Shown one piece after another: positions 28,451-38,953 of a DNA stretch of 64,000 nt. The notes under the pieces were generated by a model, which was given only the letters and a program-made list of their open reading frames with translations, was not told the origin of the DNA and searched no databases. Location: the NCBI GenBank assembly GCA_963769025.1, contig CAVYKI010000009.1, forward strand, positions 640,001 to 704,000, in the 5' to 3' direction. How positions within the stretch are numbered: position 1 is the first letter of the stretch; each line of letters starts with the position of its first letter. The position numbers were made by a program, and so were the translations under genes. This DNA is from an uncultured Verrucomicrobiae bacterium. GTDB taxonomy: Bacteria; Verrucomicrobiota; Verrucomicrobiia; Chthoniobacterales; Chthoniobacteraceae.

Positions 28451-30164
28451 ATGAGCAACGAAACGCCCGCAGCTCCCTCGGCTCCAGCCGCACCTTCCGA
28501 TTTCATCCGCGACATCGTCGCGCAGCATGTCGCCGATGGGAGCTACCCGAACATCCTCACGCGCTTCCCGCCCGAGCCGAATGGCTACCTGCACATCGGC
28601 CACGCAAAATCGATCTGCCTGAACTTCGGAATCGCGCGGGAATTCGGCGGCGCGTGCAACCTGCGCATGGATGACACGAACCCGACGAAGGAGGACGTGG
28701 AGTATGTCGAAAGCATCATCCGCGACGTGGACTGGCTCATCGCCGGCTGGGCGGACGGGGTGAAGACGCCGAAGCTTTTTCACGCGAGCGATTACTTCGA
28801 GCAGCTCTACGAATTTGCGGTGACGCTGATCAAAAAAGGGAAGGCGTTCGTCTGCGACCTCAGCGGCGAACAGGTCGCGGCATACCGCGGCGCGCCGACC
28901 GAACCCGGGCGGCCTTCGCCGAACCGCGACCGCAGCGTGGAGGAAAACCTCGACCTTTTCGCGCGGATGCGCGCCGGGGAATTCGCCGACGGCACGAAGA
29001 CGCTGCGCGCGAAGATCGACATGGCTTCGCCGAACATCCACATGCGCGACCCGGTGCTGTACCGCATCCGCCACACGGAGCATCAGGCGACCGGGAGCAA
29101 GTGGTGCATCTATCCGATGTACGACTACGCGCACTGCCTGAGCGACGCCATCGAGGGGATTTCGCATTCGATCTGCACGCTGGAATTCGAAGTGCACCGG
29201 CCGCTCTACGACTGGCTGGTGGATGAAGTCGGCCTGTGGAATCCGCGCCCGCGCCAGTACGAATTTGCGCGGCTGAGCCTGACCTACACGCTGATGAGCA
29301 AGCGCAAGCTGTTGCAACTCGTGGAGGAAAACATCGTGACCGGTTGGGACGATCCGCGCATGCCGACCATCTGCGGCATGCGCCGCCGCGGCGTGACGGC
29401 GCAGGCGCTGCGCAATTTCGCCTACCACATCGGCGTGACGAAATACATGTCGCTCACGGACGTCGCCGTGCTGGAACACTCGATCCGCGACGACCTGAAT
29501 CGCACCGCACTGCGGCGGCTCGGCGTGCTTGCGTCCGCTGAAGGTGGTGATCATGAATTTTCCTGAAGGCGAGACCGAGATGTGCGCCGCGGTGAACAAT
29601 CCGAATGACGAGACGGCGGGCACGCGCGAGGTGCCGTTCAGCCGCGAGATCTGGATCGAGCAGGACGACTTCATGGAGGTGCCGGCGCCGAAATATTTCC
29701 GCCTGAAGCCCGGTGGCGAGGTGCGGCTGAAATACGCGTTCATCATCAAGTGCAACGGAGTCGTGAAGGACGCGAGCGGCCGGGTGACTGAGCTGCGCTG
29801 CACCGCTGATCTCGAAAGCAAGACGGGCGGGCCGAACGCCGGACGGAAGGTGAAAGGCACGATCCATTGGGTGAGCGCCGCACACGCGATTGACGCCGGG
29901 GTGCGGCTCTACGACCGGCTCTTCACGGAGGCTGAGCCTGAAAAGGACGGGCGCGATTTCAAGACGGTGCTCAACCCGCACTCGCTGGAAGTCATCACGG
30001 CGAAGGTCGAACCTTCGCTGCGCGATGCCACGGCAGACGAGCGCTACCAGTTCGAGCGGCTCGCGTACTTCGCCCTCGATCCCGACTCGAAGCCCGGCGC
30101 TCCGATCTTCAACCGCACCATCACGCTCAAGGACGCCTGGGCGAAGGAAGCCCAGCGCGGCTGA
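28451..30164 (+). CDS. glnS: Glutamine--tRNA ligase (one +1 frameshift near 29529)
   Basis: [18 protein letters not shown] (HIGH), [37 protein letters not shown]. Confidence 0.95.
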
Positions 30165-30900
30165 TCACTTCGCTTCCGGAGCACGTTTCCCGCGAAGGTT
30201 GAAAAAATCGAATGTCTGCTGCGGCACCGGCGGTGGCGGAGGGATCGTAGTGGCGGCACCGGCTGGAACGATTTCCGCGATGGGAACCTCTGCTTTTTGC
30301 GGCGGGGTTTTTTCCGCGGCGATGGCTGCAGCTTCGGCAGCCATGCGAGCCCTCCGCCTTGCCAGTCTCGGCTCGTCCGGATTGTCCACGCCGTTTTCAG
30401 CCGCGGCATCCTCGGGGGTCATCGCCACGGCCTTCTCGGCGAGGGCTTCGAAATTTGACGCGCTGACAGTTCGATACGTTTCCTTGCCGTCGTGAAGGAT
30501 CGCAGACCTCGTAGTCCACCCGATCGCTCTCCAGGCCAGATAAGGACTGGTAGCTGGCGACATCGAAAGCGCCACACGACACCTCCGCTGACTTGAACGA
30601 CGGCAGTGCGGGCAGATCCATTTTGCCCGCGTACTTCAGCGCACTGCCGGAATACTTCCGGACCACGGCGGTCCATTGAATCACCCCGGCTGGCACCGCG
30701 CGCGACGATTGGTTGGTCACGTTGACGGCCAAAGTCTGTTTACGGTTCCGATCCACGCCGCCCACCACCTTATCGGGAACTCTGCCGATCGTCTTTTTGC
30801 TCACCGTGACCAGCAATCGGATCGAATCCGCGGCATGGCCGGGCGCAAGGGGGAGGACGACGAACGCAAAAATTCCCGCGAGGAATGGCAAAGTTCGCAT
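30165..30900 (-). CDS. Secreted hypothetical protein (frameshift near 30500)
   Basis: Signal peptide MRTLPFLAGIFAFVVL; the coding-like frame continues in the 30165..30575 ORF (ILHDGKETYRTVS...) with a Pro/Ala-rich tail. Confidence 0.55.
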
Positions 30901-31037
30901 CTTGAAGTGAGCGCGCATGGGCGTGGAAATTAGCCGGTTTCTCCGCGAAGGACAGTGCGAAGGAACAGAAATGAACCGGGTAAGCGGGCAGGATGGAAGC
31001 AGATGCGTCGGGTATGCGAGATGCTTATAATTACCAT

Positions 31038-31346
31038 ATGCATCTTGTGAAAAAGAATACCAAACTTGTGTGCGCCTACTGCGTTTTGGTCACGACAGCA
31101 TTCGGAGTTGTCGCCCGTGACACAAATCGCCGTGCCGAACTGCGCCTGCACATCGCTGGCGCGGAGGTTGCACGCCCCGCGGAACCACCCATGCCGCTGC
31201 CAATCATGCCCCTTGCGCATTCGCCATTTCCGGAAGCGCGTCCAGGCCCGATTCATTCAGGCGAGCGGATTGCGAAAATCACGAAGCCGCGGTCGCGACC
31301 GTCACGTGGACAGGGCCCGTTGAACCCGGTCTCCGTCCTTCAATAA
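31038..31346 (+). CDS. Small hypothetical protein, possibly leaderless
   Basis: Perfect TATAAT at 31026-31031, 6 nt before the ATG; basic plus hydrophobic N-terminus, Pro-rich C-terminus. Confidence 0.4.
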   Translation: MHLVKKNTKLVCAYCVLVTTAFGVVARDTNRRAELRLHIAGAEVARPAEPPMPLPIMPLAHSPFPEARPGPIHSGERIAKITKPRSRPSRGQGPLNPVSVLQ

Positions 31347-31426
31347 GTCGCCAACTCGGTGGAACTCGATGAGGCGATGCTTTCGTTACACTTGCTTTGC
31401 GGGCGGGAGCCGCTAGACCCCCGCGG

Positions 31427-32533
31427 GTGACTGAAACGGAAGCCTGCATCGTCCTCAACATGGTGCCTGGAATGGGCCCGGTGCGCCTCCGAACGTTGAT
31501 CGAGACGTTTGAGACACCGCAGCGAATCCTCGCCGCCGGCGCCGCCGCATTGCGCTCTGCAAAGGGCGTCGGCCCTGAAACCGCGGACGCCATCGCGTCG
31601 TGGGAAACGCACGTGGATCTCGCAGCGGAACTGAAGCGCATCGCTGATTTCGGCGCGAAAGTGATCACCGGGAGTTCGCCCGAGTATCCTTCCGCGCTCC
31701 GCACGATTCATAACCCTCCCGTCGTCCTCTACGTGTGGGGCGAGCTGCGGTCCGCGGATGCGCACGCCATCGGCGTCGTCGGTTCGCGAAACGTCACGCA
31801 CTACGGCACCGAGACGGCGAAAAAGCTCTCCTACCAGCTCGCGTTTGCCGGGTACACGGTCGTGAGCGGCCTCGCTCGTGGCATCGACACGTCGGCACAT
31901 CACGGTGCTCTCGCCGCGAAGGGTCGCACCATCGCCGTCCTCGGCAGCGGCCTCGCCACGCTGTACCCGCCGGAAAATCTCGGCCTCGCGGAAAAGATCG
32001 CGGCGTCCGGGGCGGTCGTCAGCGAATACCCAATGGAACGCCCCGCGGACCGGCAGACTTTCCCGTATCGCAACCGCATCGTCGCCGGATGGGGCCGCGG
32101 ACTGCTGGTCGTCGAGGCCGGCCTGAACAGCGGCGCGCTCATCACCGCGAACCAGGCCGTCGAGCAGGGCCGCACGGTCTTCGCCGTGCCCGGCCCGATC
32201 GATCGCCCGACCAGCGCCGGTACGAATCGCCTCATCCAGCAAGGCGCCCGGCTCGTCACCTCCGCCGACGACATTCTCGACGAACTCGGCACGCTCATCC
32301 CGCGTGCATCCCCGATGCCCGGCATGGAAAAACCCGCCGTCACCGCTTCCGTCCCCACACTTTCCCACGACGAAACGCTCCTCGTCACCGCACTCGAGGT
32401 CGGCGAACTCACGCTCGACGAACTCGCCGCCGCCACGCGCCTTCCGGGCCCAAAGGTCAGCAGCACATTGCTCGGCCTGGAAATGAAACGCCTCGTCCGC
32501 GCCCTGCCCGGGCACCGTTACGTGCGCACCTGA
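31427..32533 (+). CDS. dprA: DNA-processing protein DprA
   Basis: YPSALRTIHNPP, VVGSR, VVSGLARGIDTSAH, FPYRNRIVAG, VVEAG..SGALITA, FAVPG, C-terminal winged helix; GTG start. Confidence 0.95.
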   Translation: MTETEACIVLNMVPGMGPVRLRTLIETFETPQRILAAGAAALRSAKGVGPETADAIASWETHVDLAAELKRIADFGAKVITGSSPEYPSALRTIHNPPVVLYVWGELRSADAHAIGVVGSRNVTHYGTETAKKLSYQLAFAGYTVVSGLARGIDTSAHHGALAAKGRTIAVLGSGLATLYPPENLGLAEKIAASGAVVSEYPMERPADRQTFPYRNRIVAGWGRGLLVVEAGLNSGALITANQAVEQGRTVFAVPGPIDRPTSAGTNRLIQQGARLVTSADDILDELGTLIPRASPMPGMEKPAVTASVPTLSHDETLLVTALEVGELTLDELAAATRLPGPKVSSTLLGLEMKRLVRALPGHRYVRT

Positions 32534-33504
32534 GGAGCGCCCGGTTCACGATTCTCCACCACGCTCACGAGGCGGCGGATCAGATTCTCCCAGGCGATGC
32601 GCCCGATCGGGCGCGTCCCGGGTCCTCGCACGACGGCGACCGTGCTGCGCGCCGCGCGCATCTTCCACAGCACGCTGAACGCCGGTTCGTTCGGTCCGAC
32701 CGTCACGATTCTCCGCTGGCATGCGCCGGCATTCACGTCGCGCCGCCCGTCGAGGAGCACCCCGAAGACATCCACGACCCCGGTGATTTTCCCGTCGTCG
32801 TCGGAGACCAGCCACCGCTCGACGCCGCGCTTCGAGTCAGGCGAGAGCAGGCGGCTGAACGGTTCGTCCGAACGGATCACCTCCGCGGGATCGAAAGGCG
32901 CCATCACGTCCTTCGCCGTCAGGGCGCGAAAATCCACGACGTTGTGGATCATGGCCCGCTCGGTCTTCGTGATGACTCCGGTGCGCTCGCCCTCGATGGT
33001 CAGGTATTTGAAATCCTCCCGCCCGAGGAAAAGACGCTGCTGCGCGGAACCCTTTCCTCCAAAAAGGAGCCGCTGCGCGCCGGCTCCCACCCAGTGCACC
33101 GGCGTGAGGATCGAATCCAGCAGGCGAAGCGGGCCGCTCAAAAACGCAAGGGCGCGGTAAGGGAAGCGTCGAAAGAGCGACTTCGGAAGCAATTCGAGCC
33201 CGAACAGATAGACCGGCAGATAGATTCCCAACCCCACGAGGTATCCGTACGGCCCCATCTGAGCGACGAGCAACCGAGCGCCGAGCACGAGAGAAAAGAT
33301 GTTCGCAAGGTTCGTGACGATCAGCACGGTGATCAGCATCCGATCAGGATTCGCCAGCAGGCGCTGGAGCGTCAGCGCCGCGCGATCGTGCTGTTTCGCG
33401 CGGTGCGCAAGGCGCACACGATTCACCGAAAATATTCCAGCCTCGATGCCGCTGAAGACAAACGACACCAGCAGGCAGAGCACGATGGTCAGCCCCGAAA
33501 TCAT
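32518..33504 (-). CDS. CNNM (DUF21) + CBS domain membrane protein
   Basis: FSGIEAGIFS, LITVLIVTNLAN, ELLPKSLF, TAKDVM. Confidence 0.85.
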   Translation of the reverse strand: MISGLTIVLCLLVSFVFSGIEAGIFSVNRVRLAHRAKQHDRAALTLQRLLANPDRMLITVLIVTNLANIFSLVLGARLLVAQMGPYGYLVGLGIYLPVYLFGLELLPKSLFRRFPYRALAFLSGPLRLLDSILTPVHWVGAGAQRLLFGGKGSAQQRLFLGREDFKYLTIEGERTGVITKTERAMIHNVVDFRALTAKDVMAPFDPAEVIRSDEPFSRLLSPDSKRGVERWLVSDDDGKITGVVDVFGVLLDGRRDVNAGACQRRIVTVGPNEPAFSVLWKMRAARSTVAVVRGPGTRPIGRIAWENLIRRLVSVVENREPGAPQVRT

Positions 33505-34763
33505 ATGCCCGGATCCTCCCCGGCGGCGCCTTCGAGAACCAGCAGCACCTCATCGACGCGCCGCCGCGAAACCCTCCTCACGGTCACATGAAGCCGGCCG
33601 ATCCGCAGTTCCTGCCCCTTTTTCGGAAGCTGCCCAAGCCGTGTGAAAATCAGTCCTCCGATCGTGTCCACTCCTTCCTCTTCAAACCGCTCACCCAGCT
33701 CCTCGGTGATGTCCTCCAACCGTGCGCTCCCGCTCGCCAGCACCCGTCCTTCGCCGACAAGTTCGATGTACAATTTCGCATCCGACTGAGGCACCGCGTC
33801 ACCGATGATTTCCTCCACGAGATCGCGGAGCGTGACGATGCCCTCCACGCCGCCGTGCTCATCCACGACAAACGCGATTCCCTGCGGATGCGACAGGAAG
33901 CTCTTCAGCAGCGTGAGCGCCTTCATCGTCTCGGGAACATACGACGGCACGCCGAGTCGCTCGGTGTAGTGCACGCCCGGGTCGCGCAGCAGCGCCGGAA
34001 CGTCCAGGACCCCCTCGATGTCATCGCGCGTCTCGCCATGCACCGGCACACGGCGCAACCGCCGCTGCCGGAGCAGCGGGATGACTTCGTCGTTCGTCAG
34101 ATCATCCGGCAGCGAAAACATGTCCACGCGGGGCGTCATGCAGTCCTTCGCCGTCTTGTCACCGAGCTTGATGATTTCCGAAATCATCTCCGACTCCGTC
34201 TCCTGGAGTGCGCCCTGGGCCGCGCTCATCTCCACGAGCGTCCCGAGTTCCTCGTCCGTGAGCTGCTGCGGCGAGCGCAATGCCTCGGGCAGGATGGCCT
34301 CCGCGACGCGCTCACTCAGCCGTTCAAGCAGCCTCGACATGGGATCCACCACCGGCAGCAGCCTGCCGAGCAGCCGCGTCCCGAAGCGCACCACGAGCAT
34401 CGGCGCGCCGAGTCCGATCAATTTCGGCACGAGATCGCACGCGAAGACGATGAGCGTGAAAAGCAGCAGAGCAGACGCCCAGAACGGGATGTCCAGCCCG
34501 CGCTGCCCTTCGATCAGCGCGAGGCTCCCGATCATCAGCGGCGCATTCGCGAGCGCATCGGCGATGACGATCGCGCTCACCAGCCGGCGCGGATTCTCCA
34601 TGATCTGCGCGAGCCCGCCCTTCTCGCCGCGTTGCGCCCGCAGCGCCTCGAGTCGCGAGCGTGGCAGCGCGAAGAATCCAGTCTCCAGCGCGGAGATGAC
34701 CGCCGACAGGATTGCCAGGAGGATAAGCCCCCCTGCGAACAGAAGCGTGGCTGAAGGCGCCAT
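33501..34763 (-). CDS. CNNM/CBS/CorC hemolysin-family (TlyC/CorB) protein
   Basis: SALETGFF, DLVPK, KDCMTPR, VVDEHGGVEGIVTLRDLVEEIIG, DTIGGLI. Confidence 0.9.
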   Translation of the reverse strand: MAPSATLLFAGGLILLAILSAVISALETGFFALPRSRLEALRAQRGEKGGLAQIMENPRRLVSAIVIADALANAPLMIGSLALIEGQRGLDIPFWASALLLFTLIVFACDLVPKLIGLGAPMLVVRFGTRLLGRLLPVVDPMSRLLERLSERVAEAILPEALRSPQQLTDEELGTLVEMSAAQGALQETESEMISEIIKLGDKTAKDCMTPRVDMFSLPDDLTNDEVIPLLRQRRLRRVPVHGETRDDIEGVLDVPALLRDPGVHYTERLGVPSYVPETMKALTLLKSFLSHPQGIAFVVDEHGGVEGIVTLRDLVEEIIGDAVPQSDAKLYIELVGEGRVLASGSARLEDITEELGERFEEEGVDTIGGLIFTRLGQLPKKGQELRIGRLHVTVRRVSRRRVDEVLLVLEGAAGEDPGI

Positions 34764-34868
34764 CAGGCCATCCTTGCGGCGGGTGTCGGGAAAACCCCGC
34801 GAAGTTGAGTCAGCGTCCGCTTGTCTTGCACAGGCCTGCAAAGAATAGTGTCACCCACGAATCCCGCG

Positions 34869-35327
34869 ATGAAAAAAACCATGCAGGGCGGTGCGAACCC
34901 GCCCGACGCCCACGCATCGGGCCCCGATCCATCGCGGGAGCCCCGGTACCTCGCGTGGTTCGAGCGCTTCAACGCCTGCGAATACTACGAGGCACACGAG
35001 GTTCTTGAGGTCCTCTGGCTGCGCACGAGTGGCAGCGACCGCGATTTTTTCAAGGGCCTCATCCAGGTCGCCGCCGCGTTCGTCCACTTGCGCAAGCAGC
35101 TCGAAAGCGCCCCCGATTCCGCGGATTCCACGCGGCTGCGCCCCGCCGCCCGGCTTTTCCAGCGCGGCTTGGAGCATCTTGCTCCGTTCGCGCCTGTCCA
35201 CTTGAGACTCAATGTTGCCGCCCTCTGTGGATTCTGCGAATGCCTCGCGCGCGGCATCGAGGAATCGGGCTTTGCGGACAATCCGTGGAACCCCGCGACG
35301 CCGCCCCACATCGAACTCGCCGCGTGA
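34869..35327 (+). CDS. DUF309 domain protein
   Basis: FNACEYYEAHEVLEVLW...FFKGLIQVAAAFVH. Confidence 0.88.
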   Translation: MKKTMQGGANPPDAHASGPDPSREPRYLAWFERFNACEYYEAHEVLEVLWLRTSGSDRDFFKGLIQVAAAFVHLRKQLESAPDSADSTRLRPAARLFQRGLEHLAPFAPVHLRLNVAALCGFCECLARGIEESGFADNPWNPATPPHIELAA

Positions 35328-36496
35328 ACGAAAGGCACTTCGATGTCGTCGTCATCGGCGGCGGCGCCGCAGGGATGATGTGCGCGCTCACCGCTGGCCA
35401 GCGCGGGAGGAAGGTCGCGCTCATCGAGCACAACGACCGCATCGGCAGGAAGATCGCCATCAGCGGCGGCGGACGATGCAACTTCACCAATACCGGCATC
35501 GAGCCCGGCTGCTTCCTCTCCGAGCGTCCGGACTTCAGCCGCTCGGCGCTCGCCCGCTACACCGCGTGGGATTTCATCGCGCTCGTCGAGAAGCATGGCA
35601 TTGCCTACCATGAGAAAAAGCTCGGCCAGCAATTTTGCGACGGCAGTTCGCGCGAGATCATCGCGATGCTTGAAACGGAGTGCGCCACCGCCGGAGTCGA
35701 GATTTTCACGAATTGCCGTGCGGCATCGGTCGAAAAGGGCACGCAGTTTCGCCTCGCGACAACGGCTGGTGAATTCGCCTGCCAGTCGCTCGTGGTCGCA
35801 GCGGGTGGCCTTTCGTTTCCAAAACTCGGCGCGAGCCCATTCGGCTACGAGCTCGCGAAACAATTCGGCCACCGGATCACTCCGCTCCGGCCCGCGCTCG
35901 TCCCGCTCACGTTTTCAAAAGTCGATGAGCCGCTCCACGCACTCAGCGGTCTCGCGCTCCCGGTCATCACGCGCTGCGGAATGGCGGCATTCGAGGAGGC
36001 CATGCTCATCACCCATCGCGGGCTGAGCGGGCCGGCGATCCTCCAGGCATCGAGCTACTGGCGCGAGGGCGAGGCCGTCGAAATTGATCTCCTTCCCGAC
36101 CCGGGCGCGAACGACGCCCTGCTCCGCGCACGCGCGACGGGACGCGAATTGCCCTCCGTGCTCGCCGAGTGGATGCCGCGCCGTTTCGCCGAGGCTTGGT
36201 GCGCGCAACACGCCCCTGCAAAGCAGCTCGTCCATTTCAAGCAGCGCGAGTTCGACGACACGATGCGCCTGCTACGCGCGTGGCCATTTCGCGCCGCCGG
36301 CACCGAAGGCTTTCCGAAGGCGGAGGTTACGCTCGGCGGCGTGGACACGGGTCAACTATCCTCGAAGACCATGGAATCGCGCCTGGTGCCCGGCCTGTTT
36401 TTCATAGGCGAGGGCGTGGACGTGACGGGCTGGCTTGGCGGCTACAATTTCCAGTGGGCGTGGTCCAGCGGCCACGCTGCAGGTGAAGTCGCGTAG
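35324..36496 (+). CDS. HI0933/BaiN family NAD(P)/FAD-dependent oxidoreductase
   Basis: IGGGAAGM, GRKIAISGGGRCNFTN, THRGLSGPAIL, VTLGGV, GWLGGYNFQWAWSSG; GTG start overlapping the DUF309 stop. Confidence 0.93.
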   Translation: MNERHFDVVVIGGGAAGMMCALTAGQRGRKVALIEHNDRIGRKIAISGGGRCNFTNTGIEPGCFLSERPDFSRSALARYTAWDFIALVEKHGIAYHEKKLGQQFCDGSSREIIAMLETECATAGVEIFTNCRAASVEKGTQFRLATTAGEFACQSLVVAAGGLSFPKLGASPFGYELAKQFGHRITPLRPALVPLTFSKVDEPLHALSGLALPVITRCGMAAFEEAMLITHRGLSGPAILQASSYWREGEAVEIDLLPDPGANDALLRARATGRELPSVLAEWMPRRFAEAWCAQHAPAKQLVHFKQREFDDTMRLLRAWPFRAAGTEGFPKAEVTLGGVDTGQLSSKTMESRLVPGLFFIGEGVDVTGWLGGYNFQWAWSSGHAAGEVA

Positions 36497-36506
36497 CTCG
36501 ATGCGC

Positions 36507-38819
36507 TCAACGCGGGGCCACGTCGCGCTTCCGTTTCAGGAAAGGATCGCTCGCGACGATCGCGCTGATGAGGGCCGACATCCTGTGGCCTCCGGCGGTG
36601 GTCTGGCGGTACACCGCGTCGAGCGCAGCCTTGTCCGAGCGCTCGATCCCGCGGCCCAATGCATAGGTCATCACCTTCTGTGCAAAGGCGCGCGCGAACT
36701 TTTCGCCCTTCAGGTATTTCTTCAGCCCGGCGATCCCGTTCACGTTTGCGCCGTCCGCAAAATCCCCCGAGGCGTCGATGCGGTTGTTTCCCTCCATCTC
36801 GCGCCATGCGCCGATGGCGTCAAAATTTTCCAGCGTGAAACCGACCGGATCGATCTTGTCGTGGCACACCGCGCAATCGGCAATCGCCCGATGCTGCTCG
36901 AGGCGCACGCGGAGCGACGCACTGCTGTCCACCTTCGTCTCCTCGAGCGGTGGCACATTCGCGGGCGGCGGCGGCGGCGGCGTACCGAGCAGTTGTTCCA
37001 GGACCCACTTCCCGCGGACGACAGGCGAGGTCCGCGTGGGCATCGAAGTCGCGAGCAGCACGCTCCCCTGCCCCAGCACCCCGCCGCGCGGCGACCCGGC
37101 AGGGACCGTCACGCGGCGAAACTCGCTTCCCTGCACACCGGGCAGGCCGTAGTGCTCCGCGAGCTGCTGGTTCACGAAAGTGAAATCCGCATCGAGAAGA
37201 TCGAACACGCTCCGATCCTCGCGCACGATCGCTTCGAAAAACCTCCGCGTCTCCTCCTTCATCGCATCGCGCAGCTTCGTGCTGAATTTTGGGAACTTGT
37301 CAACGTCGATCTCCACCTCGTCCACTGCACGTATCTGCAGCCACTGGCTTGAAAAATTCCGCACAAACGCCTGCGATCGTCCGTCCGCGAGCAAGCGCGT
37401 GACTTCACGCCGCAGCGTGTCGCCCTTGAGCAATTCGCCCTTCGCCGCGAGATCGGTGAGCTGCGAGTCGGGCATCGAGGACCACAGGAAATACGACAGG
37501 CGCGAAGCCACCTCGTATTCGTTCAGATTCCGCACCGAGCCCGGCTTCAGTGCATCCGGGTCGAGTTCCCAGCGGAAAAGGAAGTTGGGGGAGCACATCA
37601 CCGCCTGCACCGCCACTCCCATCGCTTCGGTGAACGGCGCCTTCTCCGTGAGCGCGCCATCCACGAGTTTGCCGAGCCGCTCGATCTCCGTCGCCGGCAC
37701 GGGCCGGCGGTATGCGCGCGGAACGAATGCCGTCAGCAATTCCCGCGCAACCTTTCCCTCCGAGCCGGGCTCCGGGAGTCGCGTGAACACGCGGCGGAAG
37801 CTCTCGCTCGGCTCCCGCTGCACATCCACGGGACCGATGACATCGAAGCCTGCCAGGAAAAGGTTCCGATCGCCGCGCATCTTCGGGTCCGGGTGGTTCG
37901 ACTCGTTGTAGTTGTTCAGGTAAGCCGCCGAAACGCGGTGACTGCCGTGCTTCACACGGATTTTCACCTCGTAGGGCGCTGGCTTGCCGCTGTTTTTCAC
38001 GTCAATGACAGCGACCTGCGTGCCGTCGATGGAGACGGCCAGCTTCGGTGCCTCCGGCCCGGCCTGGATGCCGTAGGCGCGGAACCGCAGCACGTATTCG
38101 CCATCGGCGCGGAACTCGACTGCGATGCTCGCGTCCGCCTCGCGGTAAAAGCCAAGCACGCCATTCGCAATCGGGTGGACCCACTCCGTGGCCTGCGACG
38201 GCTTCATCTTGTCAGCGCGGAATGACTCGCTCGGCGGCGATGCTTTCTGCCCTGCGAGCACCTTTCCCACGATCTCATCCGCAGCCGCGAGATAGCGCTC
38301 CATGAGCAACGGCTGGATGGTCAGCACGTCGGCGATCGTGTCGAAGCCGTACGCGGTCTCATCACTCGGAAAATCCGACGGATCAAAATCCACGGCAAGA
38401 AGGTCGCGGATGGTGTTCCGGTATTCCTCGCGGTTCAGGCGGCGGAGCGTCACGCGGCCGGGATTCTTCTGTCCCACCTCGCTGCCCGTGAGTTGCGCGT
38501 CGATCCACTTCACCAGCGCCTCGCGCTGGCTCTCGGTCGGCTGCGGCTTCTTCTTGGGCGGCATCTCATGGGATTCCAGCAGCTCGGCAATCTTCTCCCA
38601 CGCTTTGCGCTCGCCGAGGGTGAACCCCTTGTCGGCGTACGGCCGGAAATCGAAGTCGCCTTTCTGCTTCTCCGCGCCGTGACAGGAGTAGCAGTACTTT
38701 TCGCCGAATTGCTTCAGTTGAGCGGATGACCCCGGTGCGCTCTGCGCGGCACGCGCGAGGGGCGCGCCGCACAGTGCGGCGAAGATGAGGCAGCGAAGGA
38801 AAATTCGGGTTCCGGACAT
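36507..38819 (-). CDS. DUF1592/DUF1588 (PSD) protein with N-terminal planctomycete cytochrome c
   Basis: CYSCHG and CAVCH haem motifs, RRLNREEYRNTIRDL, SPNFLFR, ASRLSYFLWSSMPD, TSPVVRGKWVL, IDPVGFTLENFDAIG. Confidence 0.9.
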   Translation of the reverse strand: MSGTRIFLRCLIFAALCGAPLARAAQSAPGSSAQLKQFGEKYCYSCHGAEKQKGDFDFRPYADKGFTLGERKAWEKIAELLESHEMPPKKKPQPTESQREALVKWIDAQLTGSEVGQKNPGRVTLRRLNREEYRNTIRDLLAVDFDPSDFPSDETAYGFDTIADVLTIQPLLMERYLAAADEIVGKVLAGQKASPPSESFRADKMKPSQATEWVHPIANGVLGFYREADASIAVEFRADGEYVLRFRAYGIQAGPEAPKLAVSIDGTQVAVIDVKNSGKPAPYEVKIRVKHGSHRVSAAYLNNYNESNHPDPKMRGDRNLFLAGFDVIGPVDVQREPSESFRRVFTRLPEPGSEGKVARELLTAFVPRAYRRPVPATEIERLGKLVDGALTEKAPFTEAMGVAVQAVMCSPNFLFRWELDPDALKPGSVRNLNEYEVASRLSYFLWSSMPDSQLTDLAAKGELLKGDTLRREVTRLLADGRSQAFVRNFSSQWLQIRAVDEVEIDVDKFPKFSTKLRDAMKEETRRFFEAIVREDRSVFDLLDADFTFVNQQLAEHYGLPGVQGSEFRRVTVPAGSPRGGVLGQGSVLLATSMPTRTSPVVRGKWVLEQLLGTPPPPPPANVPPLEETKVDSSASLRVRLEQHRAIADCAVCHDKIDPVGFTLENFDAIGAWREMEGNNRIDASGDFADGANVNGIAGLKKYLKGEKFARAFAQKVMTYALGRGIERSDKAALDAVYRQTTAGGHRMSALISAIVASDPFLKRKRDVAPR

Positions 38820-38953
38820 GACTCGTGTTTCTATGCTGGAACGATGACGCACTTAGGCAAATTCGCCATCAAAGCCGTGCCAAAAGAAAACAGCGCGGCG
38901 TTTCGTGGCCCTGCTGCTCCTGTCTGAAATCGGGTTATGGGAAGGACGGAGCC

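Noticed and set aside
28451..30164. Programmed frameshift or split glnS (and likewise rapA)
   Set aside because: No slippery heptamer is evident; single extra bases in a region full of similar indels point to sequencing error.
31735..33591. 618-aa plus-strand ORF and the many other Arg/Pro/Ala-rich alternative-frame ORFs
   Set aside because: They overlap well-supported genes, lack motifs and have the composition expected of non-coding frames in GC-rich DNA.
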